A stretch of 64,000 nt of DNA from Candidatus Moraniibacteriota bacterium (GCA_026396275.1 JAPLXC010000019.1:355-64354); one strand, 5' to 3'. Shown: positions 38,354 through 46,437, counted from the first letter of the stretch. Notes: a model not told the origin generated them from the sequence alone. Program-made: numbers and translations.

Positions 38354-39261
38354 AATTTTTTATCATTGGGAGGGTAAGCTTCCAAATCGCTTCCGGATTG
38401 GATTTTTTTTCTGAAGAAGTAGAGATAAGCGAGATAAATGGCAAAGCCGGAAATTATAGTAGCGTAGACAAACCAAGTATTCGTCCGGCAGCGGTCAAGA
38501 TAGTACCAGCCAATAAGCGCCAAAACTGTGTAGATTACCTGCCAGAACCAGCGAATACTTTTTTGTTCCTGGAATCGATAGGAAAGAGTGAAAATCATAA
38601 GTAGCACATAAGCGGCTAGAATCAGAGCGAAAATCCACCACCTAACCGGAACACATTCTTCCTCGCCGGCTACTAGCCCTTCTGCGCCGGGTCCTGCTTC
38701 AGCGGCGGCTTCCGGTGTTACGCCTTCTTCTGTTACTGCGCCGGCGGCTTGCCCGGGGCGGTAGGGAGGCGGCGCGCCGAGAGCGGTCAAAATTCCGAAT
38801 CCGAAAACCATATCAAATTTCACTTTCTCGTCCTGAAATTCATTTCCGGCTTCCTCGTCAAATTTCACTTTTACTTCGTATCTATTGGATTCGCCGGGCT
38901 CCAGCCGTTCAATGAAAACATCTCCGGCCTTGTCCATTTCGTGGAGAGTGAACCGGTCACCCGGCCCGCCGATGAAATATTTTCCGCTGCTCTTGTCAGT
39001 GAGGTAAAATTTGAGTTCGTCCGCCAAATCGTCATTGCTGACATCGTCAATATTAAGATAAAGGTCTTCCGCTTCAGTGCCGACATTTTCCGCCCGCACT
39101 TCCTTGGTTTTGGAATATCCCGGCGCGGCGTTTTTCACGTCAAAAAGCGGATCATCTTCGGGATTAATGTCTATTTTAACTTCGGCGCAGGCATGACTGG
39201 CCATTCCCAAAACTAGCAGGGAAAATACGCCGAAAATAAATAAAAATTTTAACTTATTCAT
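38350..39261 (-). CDS. TasA/camelysin-like domain protein with a C-terminal 3-TM anchor
   Basis: LFDVKNAAPG.S....V..EN.G...LEPGE...Y.V.V.F..EAGNEFQ...V.FD pattern resembles TasA/CalY. Confidence 0.75.
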   Translation of the reverse strand: MNKLKFLFIFGVFSLLVLGMASHACAEVKIDINPEDDPLFDVKNAAPGYSKTKEVRAENVGTEAEDLYLNIDDVSNDDLADELKFYLTDKSSGKYFIGGPGDRFTLHEMDKAGDVFIERLEPGESNRYEVKVKFDEEAGNEFQDEKVKFDMVFGFGILTALGAPPPYRPGQAAGAVTEEGVTPEAAAEAGPGAEGLVAGEEECVPVRWWIFALILAAYVLLMIFTLSYRFQEQKSIRWFWQVIYTVLALIGWYYLDRCRTNTWFVYATIISGFAIYLAYLYFFRKKIQSGSDLEAYPPNDKKL

Positions 39262-39319
39262 AAATTATTTCAAACCTGTTTGAAACTCGGTAACGTTATA
39301 CTGCGGCTGCGGTATAATG

Positions 39320-41308
39320 TTACGCATCTTTTGCCGAGTCATTATCTGATTTAGAATCACCTTTAGAATCATCATCTTTCTGGCTGTCTTTTTTATCCCC
39401 GTCTTTTTTCTTGTCATCATCTTCATCTTTCTTATCGCTGTCGCTATCATCGTCTTTTTGCTGGATAGCACTGGACTTTCCATCAGTTTTTTCCTCATCA
39501 TCTTCTGCCTTATCTCCCTCATCATCCTCGTCTTTCTTTACTTCGGCGGATTCTTCCTCATCGTCACCACTGTCTTTTATTTCTTCTTTAGTATCGCTTG
39601 AAGTGGTATCACCGCCGCCATCGTTATCACTGTCAATATTATCCGCGTCTTCATCCGTTCCGGCATTTTCTTCCGGCGCGGAAGCTGCCGGATCTTCGGC
39701 TTCGCCGCTTTCATCCTCGCCATTTTCTTCCGGAACGATTGCCGGCTCGTCCGTTGTTTCGGCTGTTTCATCAGTGTTATTTTCTTCAGTTGCTTCCTCG
39801 CCACTGGCGCTTTCTTCACCTACTGCTTCATCGGCATCTTCTGAATCCGCTTCTGACCCGTCGGACATTTCGGATTCCTTTTCTTCCTTTTTGTCAAAGT
39901 ATTCTTTTTCCATGAATTCTGGATCGTATTCTTCCGAAGACGGATCATTAACCGATAAATTGGCATGTCCCGGCGTTCCGAAATTCACGCCCTCGTGATC
40001 CCAATAAGTCGTGTTATTGCAATGGAAATCAACGCAAGTATGCCAGCTTCCGGAATCCAAACCGTCGCCCGGAGTATTATTTCTTTCCATTGACATTTGG
40101 AATAATATCCCATGCCAGCCAGCCGGCCAGTGTGGAGTGCCTTTGGCCTGATCAATTATGTTTACGTCTTTGTCTTTTAATATTAAATTGCCATTGTTTG
40201 AATTATAGAGAGAAATACTGTCATTCACTACATCCACATCAACGTTTAACTCCGTATTGGAACTGGTTTTGGGATAATTGGCGATGAGGAAATATCCATG
40301 GGCGGCAATTGATTCGCTTGCAGGGATTTGAATTTTATTATTGCCAGTATGCTTGGCGTTTTCAATTTCCCACTGGCCGATGTCAATTTCATGCCCGGTC
40401 ATATTGCGCAGTTCTATCCATTCGTCGGCAGTATGGCCGAAAGAACCCATCCACATCACTTCGTTAATAATCACATCCCCAGCTTTGGCTGTCACGGAGT
40501 TATTAACCTTAACGTCAATCCAATCCACGGAGTCACTGGGATTTTCCGGATCGGCCGGCACCGGCGCCAGATTCGGGCACTTGTTTCCGGCTTCGTCGCG
40601 GGCTTCCAGCTTGATCGTATAATCGCCGTCATTAACCCCGGTCGTATCCCAGTCAAAAAATTTTTTGTTGGTGAAAGAATTTGTGTCATTAACTGTTCCG
40701 GGTCCTGCAACAATGCTTCCACCGGAATTTTGGATTACCAGCCAGTAATGATGCGGGTTAGCGTCGGTGACAGTGCCGCGAATTTCAACTGTTCCGGAAA
40801 GAGTGTCCCCGTCGTCCGGATTAGTGATTTCTACAACCGGGCATTGAGTGTCCACTTTGAAACTTCCCGTAACAATATTGCTTACCCAGCTTGAATTGTC
40901 ATTATTGGCGGCATGAGCCGAAAAATCCCATTTGCCTTCCGGAACCGGGATGCAGGAGCCGGGATAGAGGTAACTTCCGCTGATTGAGCTTGAATTATGG
41001 GTGAATTCCCAGTAAATAGTAACATCGCTGATGCTCGAGGTGAGCGTAATGCAAGGCGTGCTGGCGTACCATCCGTTATCTCCATCCGGGCTTGAAGGGC
41101 TTACACTCATCGTAAGCTCCGGAATCCAATATCCCGCCGTCATCGTGTTCCCGCCGGAAATCGCCGTATCGGAAAAATAAGAATTAGTCCCGGAAACGCT
41201 GGCAAAAACAACGGCCAAAAACAAGACAGCAAAAACCGAGCCGATTTTCTTCGCCGACCGAAAAATCCTTTTATTGATTATGGATTTATATTTCTTTCTT
41301 TTCTTCAT
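39320..41308 (-). CDS. SipW-type-signal protein with Ig-like and lamin-tail domains and an acidic tail
   Basis: GTNSYFSDTAISGGNTMTAG (SipW-type site); ITNP.DG.TLSGTV...WDTT...DGDYTIKLEA (Ig-like); VIINEVMW...DEWIELRN...GTPG (lamin tail); D/E-rich C-terminus. Confidence 0.88.
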   Translation of the reverse strand: MKKRKKYKSIINKRIFRSAKKIGSVFAVLFLAVVFASVSGTNSYFSDTAISGGNTMTAGYWIPELTMSVSPSSPDGDNGWYASTPCITLTSSISDVTIYWEFTHNSSSISGSYLYPGSCIPVPEGKWDFSAHAANNDNSSWVSNIVTGSFKVDTQCPVVEITNPDDGDTLSGTVEIRGTVTDANPHHYWLVIQNSGGSIVAGPGTVNDTNSFTNKKFFDWDTTGVNDGDYTIKLEARDEAGNKCPNLAPVPADPENPSDSVDWIDVKVNNSVTAKAGDVIINEVMWMGSFGHTADEWIELRNMTGHEIDIGQWEIENAKHTGNNKIQIPASESIAAHGYFLIANYPKTSSNTELNVDVDVVNDSISLYNSNNGNLILKDKDVNIIDQAKGTPHWPAGWHGILFQMSMERNNTPGDGLDSGSWHTCVDFHCNNTTYWDHEGVNFGTPGHANLSVNDPSSEEYDPEFMEKEYFDKKEEKESEMSDGSEADSEDADEAVGEESASGEEATEENNTDETAETTDEPAIVPEENGEDESGEAEDPAASAPEENAGTDEDADNIDSDNDGGGDTTSSDTKEEIKDSGDDEEESAEVKKDEDDEGDKAEDDEEKTDGKSSAIQQKDDDSDSDKKDEDDDKKKDGDKKDSQKDDDSKGDSKSDNDSAKDA

Positions 41309-41906
41309 AATCTTTATCTAAATTCTCATTCCGTTTTTCAATGCGCTTTTTGTAATCCATCTTTTTTCTTATTTCATTCCTGATTTTCTGCATTTCGTCA
41401 TAAATTATTATCACCGCCGGAATGATTATCAGTAAAATTAATCCGGGCGTTGTTTTGGCGTAACTCACCGGATAGCCGAGAAGGGGGACAGAGATAAATG
41501 CTTTTCCCACAATTCCTTCTTTGGTGAACTTCTCGCCGTCCGGCGCGTCGTTGGCGTCTCCCTTGGTTTCAAACGCGATTTTGCCGCCTGCTTCGCCAGC
41601 CTCGCCGAGTCTAGGCGGGCCGAGTTGAGGCGAGTTAATTTCTTCTTTGCTGACGATCCGGTGGGTGATGGTTATTTTCGGGTCTCTTGTTCTTCTGGTT
41701 ATCACATCGCCGACATTGTAATCAGCCAGCGGTTTAACGAATATCAAGCTCCCTGCGTGGATCGCCGGGGACATTGACCCGGACATTACGGTAAAGACCT
41801 TATAGTTTCCCGGAAATGGAATGAATGAGAATACCACCAGAACGCCGATGAGAACGAGCGCAACCAGCAGGGTATTTACAGTGTACTTAAAAATTTTTCC
41901 GATCAT
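41286..41906 (-). CDS. sipW: SipW-type (ER/archaeal-type, S26B) signal peptidase I
   Basis: VMSGSMSP, GDVIT, ITHRIV, TKGDAN..PD, VP.LGY; Ser-His catalytic type. Confidence 0.93.
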   Translation of the reverse strand: MIGKIFKYTVNTLLVALVLIGVLVVFSFIPFPGNYKVFTVMSGSMSPAIHAGSLIFVKPLADYNVGDVITRRTRDPKITITHRIVSKEEINSPQLGPPRLGEAGEAGGKIAFETKGDANDAPDGEKFTKEGIVGKAFISVPLLGYPVSYAKTTPGLILLIIIPAVIIIYDEMQKIRNEIRKKMDYKKRIEKRNENLDKDYEEKKEI

Positions 41907-41929
41907 TTTTATTTAAACATTCAAACATC

Positions 41930-42139
41930 TTAACATTTCAACTCTTTTTTCAATTTTTCTATTTCTTTCTTCCCTTCTTCTCCAACAATTTTTCCGCACT
42001 CTGGGCAATAGCCATGAGATATTGATCCTTTCGGCACATCTTCAACGGTTCCATATTCTTTCCCGCACTTTAAACACTTCATTATTCCTTTACCAATCTT
42101 CTGTTCTGGCGGTTTTATAAAACTATTTTCTCCTTCCAT
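41930..42139 (-). CDS. Small zinc-finger protein (CxxC...HGYCxxC)
   Basis: CLKC...SHGYCPEC. Confidence 0.65.
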   Translation of the reverse strand: MEGENSFIKPPEQKIGKGIMKCLKCGKEYGTVEDVPKGSISHGYCPECGKIVGEEGKKEIEKLKKELKC

Positions 42140-42140
42140 A

Positions 42141-42204
42141 TTTGTAAATTTTGAATTTGGGATTTTGGATTTGATTTGTCATTTGACATTGGGATTTTGA
42201 ATTT
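42141..42204. repeat. Heptamer-periodic arm (ATTT(T/G)GR units)
   Basis: tttgtaaattttgaatttgggattttggatttgatttgtcatttgacattgggattttgaattt. Confidence 0.7.
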
Positions 42205-42234
42205 CCGAAGCAGAACTTCGGTTCCTCCCTCTAC

Positions 42235-42272
42235 TTGTTACGTAACTTGTTAAGTAACTTGTTACGTAACAA
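42235..42272. repeat. 12-bp tandem palindrome TTGTTACGTAAC x3
   Basis: ttgttacgtaac ttgttaagtaac ttgttacgtaac aa; degenerate relative at 59441-59476. Confidence 0.85.
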
Positions 42273-42284
42273 AAAGAGATCGGA

Positions 42285-42842
42285 TTAGCGGTGAGGATTA
42301 TACGCATTCATAACAAAATCAAAGGTACAAGTTTTTCCTTGCAAAGTATCGCCAGCAATTGTTGGTAAGCAAACTTCATATTTAGTGGTTATTGAACTTC
42401 CTGCAATAAGCCCTCCACCGTACCATGACATTAACAGATTTGCTTCAGTTACTCCGTTAAGAGCACCGGTCGCATATGCAGTTTCACAAGTACCAGAGCA
42501 TCTTTCAATTTTTGCTGTTAAAGCGTTGCAAAGTCCTGTGTCTCCAGTAAAATCGGCTGTGCTAATTACTAATTCCTTAGCAGTTAGAGTACTTGGTCCA
42601 GCAAACCAAGGTGCGCCGTAGTTTTGAACATCAAATTCTCCTGTCTTACAATCGCCAGGAGCCATATCTGAAGCAGTAAATCCTGCTATCGTTGGCTGGC
42701 CATTTACTCTAATTTGCAAGGTTCCAGTTGCGAAACTGTTATTATCTACAGTTGCAGTAGAGCTAAATATTGCCCAGGTGGCGACGGATGCGACGGCGGC
42801 GACGGCGACGACGATTACCAAGCTCTTAATTATATTTTTCAT
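42285..42842 (-). CDS. TasA/CalY-family fibre subunit with a SipW-dependent signal peptide
   Basis: SD GGAGGTG; MKNIIKSL...VATWAIFSSTATVDNNSFATGTLQI, DMAPGD, V.N.G, GDTLQGKTCTFDFVMNA. Confidence 0.9.
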   Translation of the reverse strand: MKNIIKSLVIVVAVAAVASVATWAIFSSTATVDNNSFATGTLQIRVNGQPTIAGFTASDMAPGDCKTGEFDVQNYGAPWFAGPSTLTAKELVISTADFTGDTGLCNALTAKIERCSGTCETAYATGALNGVTEANLLMSWYGGGLIAGSSITTKYEVCLPTIAGDTLQGKTCTFDFVMNAYNPHR

Positions 42843-42963
42843 TTCATATACACCTCCCAATCTAGTTGGATTTCTCTATAATAAGCAGTAAATCTTTTAA
42901 ACCCTCCTCCTTGGGGGATCGCCCTCCTTTTTATAGAGGGCTTAAATCATCGGCTGCCTATTT

Positions 42964-43015
42964 AAAAAGCCAACGGGCGCGCGCTATCCGAAAATAGCAA
43001 GCACCAGTCGGCTTT
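42964..43015 (-). terminator. Long UUCG-capped hairpin with a short U tract in the tasA leader
   Basis: Minus strand AAAGCCGAC-TGGTGC..GCTATT-TTCG-GATAGC..GCGCCC-GTTGGCTTTTT. Confidence 0.55.
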
Positions 43016-43072
43016 CTAAAAATGAATTACTTCTTTGTAGCCAAAGAATATCCATAAATCACCCGTATTTAA

Positions 43073-43364
43073 CTTGTCCCCCACCACTTTTATTCTAAAC
43101 TTTTCTTTATTCTTTTTTTTAATTCTTGCAGGCCTCTCGCGTTCTTCTTTAATTTGCTTTCTCTTCTGAAAGCGTCTTCTTTTGAGTAAAACGCTTCGTA
43201 ATATCTGACTTCCCATGGTCCTCTAAATCGGGTAAATACTGATTTGTTTTGGTTATGCTTGTTTACTCTTTCTTTTAGATTGTTCGTGCAACCAATATAT
43301 ATCCCGCTATCCCTCCGGCTTTTAATAATATAAACGTAATACATAGAATAAAAGTGGTGGGGGA
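43073..43364. mobile_element. GIY-YIG gene enclosed in perfect 21-bp inverted repeats with a one-sided CTTG tail
   Basis: TCCCCCACCACTTTTATTCTA (43077-43097) is the exact reverse complement of 43344-43364. Confidence 0.75.
43090..43344 (-). CDS. Stand-alone GIY-YIG nuclease (UPF0213-like)
   Basis: MYYVYII......YIGCT.NLKERV..HN....FT....PW...Y.E......A..RE..LK. Confidence 0.93.
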   Translation of the reverse strand: MYYVYIIKSRRDSGIYIGCTNNLKERVNKHNQNKSVFTRFRGPWEVRYYEAFYSKEDAFRRESKLKKNARGLQELKKRIKKSLE

Positions 43365-43421
43365 TAAAAACAAAACCGGCCTAAACCAACAAGCGCAGCA
43401 CTTATTAATTCAGGCCGGTTT
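43365..43421 (-). terminator. Riboswitch-overlapping intrinsic terminator
   Basis: Minus strand AAACCGGCCTGAATTAATAAG-TGCTGCG-CTTGTTGGTTTAGGCCGGTTTTGTTTTT. Confidence 0.8.
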
Positions 43422-43508
43422 CGCTATTTTGCTCCCCGCGCTTCACTGGCGACCAATGGTATCTTTCGTCACGAGAGTTTCTGGCGCGGATCCACGCTTT
43501 CCCGAACG
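43412..43508 (-). promoter_or_regulatory. c-di-GMP-II-like riboswitch aptamer
   Basis: Minus strand TCGG-GAAAGC-GTGGA-TCCGCGC...TGGTCGC...GCGCGGG-GAGC-AAAATA-GCGA-AACCGG follows the class II layout, including pseudoknot TCGC/GCGA. Read by eye; no covariance model was run. Confidence 0.7.
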
Positions 43509-43544
43509 GTTTTGTTTTTTTGTTTTCCTTTGTTATCTTATGCT

Positions 43545-43573
43545 ACTATAGCGCCAGTTGAATATTCTGTCAA
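43545..43573 (-). promoter_or_regulatory. Sigma70 promoter of the riboswitch/tasA transcript
   Basis: Minus strand TTGACA-N17-TATAGT. Confidence 0.8.
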
Positions 43574-43627
43574 CGAAATTATCCACAGTTTTTGGCTTGA
43601 CAAAAGGAAAATTTATGTTTTAATTTT

Positions 43628-44422
43628 TTACTGATAAATGGCAGTCACCCCATCAATATCTCCTGTTGTTAAAGTGTCTTTATTAATTTCTCCTTTAAAG
43701 CCGTAGCCGTACATTGTGTTGTTTCTATAAATTGTAGTGTATTCGTCATCCAAACCGACCCAGTGTCCAAGTTCGTGGGTCAAAATGTCTTGAGCGTCAT
43801 AGGTAACAAGATTCGGGCAGGCGGTCGGTGAAAATGGCGTCCAAGTCCAGGAAAACTTTTTGTTCATAATCGTGTCGGTTTCTACTGCCAGTCCGGTGCT
43901 TTGGTAATACCATATATAAGTAATTCCCAATGCGCTGCCGGGCGCGCTCCCAAAAGCCACTATATTTTTCCCATCCAAAGCTTTTTTTGAAAGGGTTGTT
44001 ACTCCGGCATTTTTGAAGATTACTCCCGCCGCATTAATCTCTGTACCTTGCCAAGTTTCAAAAGATAAATTCGTCAAATTACTGAACTTGGAAGAACCGA
44101 CCGAACTAGGAGCACTGCCCGCATTCAAGTAATATTTCCATTCGCCTGCCGGAAGCTCCCAGCCGGCTGGACTGACCATGGCAGTTGAATCAGGATCACT
44201 GTAACTGCATTGCAGGGGCTTGGTTTCTTTCACTTTCGGATAATGCACAAACACCCTGACTTTGAGGTTAGGATGCCCCGGCACGTCGTAAACGCCGTTT
44301 TGTTCAGGAATTGCCCAATCATCATCGGTATTGTCGTCATTTTTGGCTAAAACCGGACTTACCGACAAAACCAGCGCGGCCATTGCAAGAATCAAAGAGG
44401 TAAAAATAAGTTTTTTAAGCAT
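43628..44422 (-). CDS. Secreted matrixin-like (metzincin) metalloprotease
   Basis: Signal peptide; THELGHWVGLDD zinc motif, Met-turn NTMYG, LTTGDIDG...IY. Confidence 0.88.
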   Translation of the reverse strand: MLKKLIFTSLILAMAALVLSVSPVLAKNDDNTDDDWAIPEQNGVYDVPGHPNLKVRVFVHYPKVKETKPLQCSYSDPDSTAMVSPAGWELPAGEWKYYLNAGSAPSSVGSSKFSNLTNLSFETWQGTEINAAGVIFKNAGVTTLSKKALDGKNIVAFGSAPGSALGITYIWYYQSTGLAVETDTIMNKKFSWTWTPFSPTACPNLVTYDAQDILTHELGHWVGLDDEYTTIYRNNTMYGYGFKGEINKDTLTTGDIDGVTAIYQ

Positions 44423-44594
44423 AATTTTTTTGGGTCAAGATTAAGAATTATGAGTAAATAATAGCAATGTTAAATCAGGGTGTCAACAAAAAAAACAGCC
44501 TGCCAAAATCGGGCAAATTATTTCGGCCTGACAAAAAGGAAAAATATTGTTTAATTTTTTCCCACTCATTCGCTATCCATCGCTATCCATATTC

Positions 44595-44620
44595 CACATA
44601 CTTGCGGCCGCGAATATGTG
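44595..44620. repeat. GCGGCCGC-centred palindrome, left of the PaaX-like gene
   Basis: CACATACTT-GCGGCCGC-GAATATGTG. Confidence 0.85.
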
Positions 44621-44744
44621 TTATACTGGATATAGGTACTTTATACAGGTATTTTATGCAGATATTTTGCGCAACAGAAAATTGCTAAGACGGCCAATAA
44701 ACAATAAACGCAAGCTGACTAAAGCTATGGCAAGAAGGGAGAAA

Positions 44745-45311
44745 ATGAAAAATGTGATCGCGAAAAATATTTTAAGCGGCACCTTGAGCGCAACGGCTTG
44801 GGCATTTGAGTTATTGATTAATGCTGGTGTTTTGACTATTGAAGCGTTTCTTAACCCGTCTGTGTACGCGGACATGCCGAGCGTATTGTATCAAAGGAAC
44901 TTTATCAAGAAGAAAAAAGCTAAGTTTCGGGAAATGACAATAAGGCAAAGCCTCTGGAGACTTAAAAGAGCTGGCTTTGTGGCTAAAAAAGAAAATAGAT
45001 ATTTTCTTACAAAAAAGGGGAAGAAACTCGCTCTTTTTGTGCGTGGCAGAAGTGATGTGATTACTAAGCAATGGGACAAGAAATACAGAGTAGTTATTTT
45101 TGATATCCCGGAAGAAAAAAAGAAAATCCGTGACTGGTTAAGGCAGGAGTTAAATATGCTGAACTACAGAAAACTCCAGGAAAGCGTTTTTATCGGCAAA
45201 TATCCTCTGCCGCAGGACCTGATTGAGAGTATTAAAGAATATAAAATAGGGAATTGTGTCAATTACCTTCTTGTTGAAAAAGTGTATAAAAACGTTGAAC
45301 AGAGCTTTTGA
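44745..45311 (+). CDS. PaaX-like protein (winged HTH plus Cas2-like domain)
   Basis: LWRLKRAGFV...YFLTKKG (wHTH); WDKKYRVVIFDIPE.KK..RD.LR..L.......LQESVF. Start is 44727 or 44745. Confidence 0.88.
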   Translation: MKNVIAKNILSGTLSATAWAFELLINAGVLTIEAFLNPSVYADMPSVLYQRNFIKKKKAKFREMTIRQSLWRLKRAGFVAKKENRYFLTKKGKKLALFVRGRSDVITKQWDKKYRVVIFDIPEEKKKIRDWLRQELNMLNYRKLQESVFIGKYPLPQDLIESIKEYKIGNCVNYLLVEKVYKNVEQSF

Positions 45312-45401
45312 ATTTCCAGAGCAAGTTATGGAAATTAAAAATTAATCAGTTTGCCAAAAACGGAAAACTTTAGCTTCATTTTAAACCATTTTACACTATT
45401 T

Positions 45402-45431
45402 TACACTTATCTGCGGCCGCAAATAAGTGTA
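45402..45431. repeat. GCGGCCGC-centred palindrome, right of the PaaX-like gene
   Basis: TACACTTATCT-GCGGCCGC-AAATAAGTGTA. Confidence 0.85.
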
Positions 45432-45598
45432 GTAAGATAGTAAGATAGTGGGATAGTAGGATTGTTATTGCAATCCTTGCAATTCTTACTAACTATATTT
45501 ACTTGGTTTACTTGTTGTTGGCAGAATGTAGTTTTTTTGTTGACAAAATTATATTATTGGAGTAAATTAGTAAGAGTAATCATTGATTTGTTTTTATT

Positions 45599-45907
45599 AT
45601 GCTAGCAGTCATCAAAACCGGCGGGAAGCAGTATATCGTCAAAAAAGGCGCGCGGATTAAAATTGAAAAAATTGAAGGAAAAGAAGAAAAAGCGGTAAAA
45701 TTTTCCGAAGTGCTTTTTATTGGGGACGAAAAGGGAGTAAAAATCGGGACGCCGAAAGTGAAAGGAGCAATAGTGGAAGGAAAGATTATTCAGCAGGGGA
45801 GAGGCAAAAAGGTCTGGGGCATCAAGCATAATCCCAAAAAGCGCTACAAAGTGAAATTCGGTCATCGCCAGCCGTTTACGGAGGTGGAAATCATTAAAAT
45901 CGCGTAA
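45599..45907 (+). CDS. rplU: 50S ribosomal protein L21
   Basis: AVIKTGGKQY, IGTP, GHRQPFT. Confidence 0.98.
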   Translation: MLAVIKTGGKQYIVKKGARIKIEKIEGKEEKAVKFSEVLFIGDEKGVKIGTPKVKGAIVEGKIIQQGRGKKVWGIKHNPKKRYKVKFGHRQPFTEVEIIKIA

Positions 45908-45945
45908 CCTGTAACCTATAACCTGAAACGATTTTTGGAAAATTT

Positions 45946-45981
45946 AAAACACCTGGCAAGAATTTTTGTCAGGTGTTTTTT
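45946..45981. terminator. Bidirectional terminator
   Basis: AAAACACCTGGCAAGA-AT-TTTTGTCAGGTGTTTTTT. Confidence 0.8.
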
Positions 45982-45988
45982 GGTTGCT

Positions 45989-46204
45989 TTAAAATAGAGC
46001 ATAATCTTCAAAAGTACTTCTTTCGGGACGGGGGATTTCGTCAACAGGAGTGTTCACAATAGTGAAAGACCGACAGTTAAATCCCTGGGGGTATAATCGG
46101 TAACAATCATCGCAAGTGATACCACATTGAAGAAGAGTTGGTTTCTGAATCATCTGCAACGACATTCCCATCTTTTGGATGTTAGGACTTTTTTGCGAGC
46201 TCAT
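45989..46204 (-). CDS. Small Cys-containing hypothetical protein
   Basis: ATGA overlap with the upstream ORF; ends at the terminator. Confidence 0.55.
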   Translation of the reverse strand: MSSQKSPNIQKMGMSLQMIQKPTLLQCGITCDDCYRLYPQGFNCRSFTIVNTPVDEIPRPERSTFEDYALF

Positions 46205-46437
46205 AGTCCCTCCTTTTCCAAAAGCGATTTTATGAGGTCATACGGTACCATCTCTTCGCAAAATATGCCGTGGATTATTATTCTCCTTTCATAGAGGCTG
46301 TTTTTCCCAAAACATACTCCTACGCATTTTTTACCGCAGTATCCGCTTACTTTCATAAGAGAAACATCATCTGGGATCATGACCCCTTGATCTTTTAGAT
46401 CCCTCCTTACTATTGCTTCATATCCCGGTAATGGCAT
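46201..46437 (-). CDS. Small hypothetical protein
   Basis: SD AGGAGG before the ATG at 46437 (MPLPGYE...). Confidence 0.6.
   Translation of the reverse strand: MPLPGYEAIVRRDLKDQGVMIPDDVSLMKVSGYCGKKCVGVCFGKNSLYERRIIIHGIFCEEMVPYDLIKSLLEKEGL

Noticed and set aside
39411-39998. 195-aa Ser-rich plus-strand ORF
   Set aside because: Antisense shadow of the Asp/Glu-rich tail of the 39320-41308 gene.
43090-43344. Group I intron homing endonuclease
   Set aside because: Only 84 aa with no DNA-binding extension, and no intron core or interrupted host gene is evident.
44745-45311. CRISPR-Cas locus suggested by the Cas2-like domain
   Set aside because: No repeat-spacer array, cas1 or effector gene is visible; the wHTH fusion fits PaaX-like proteins.
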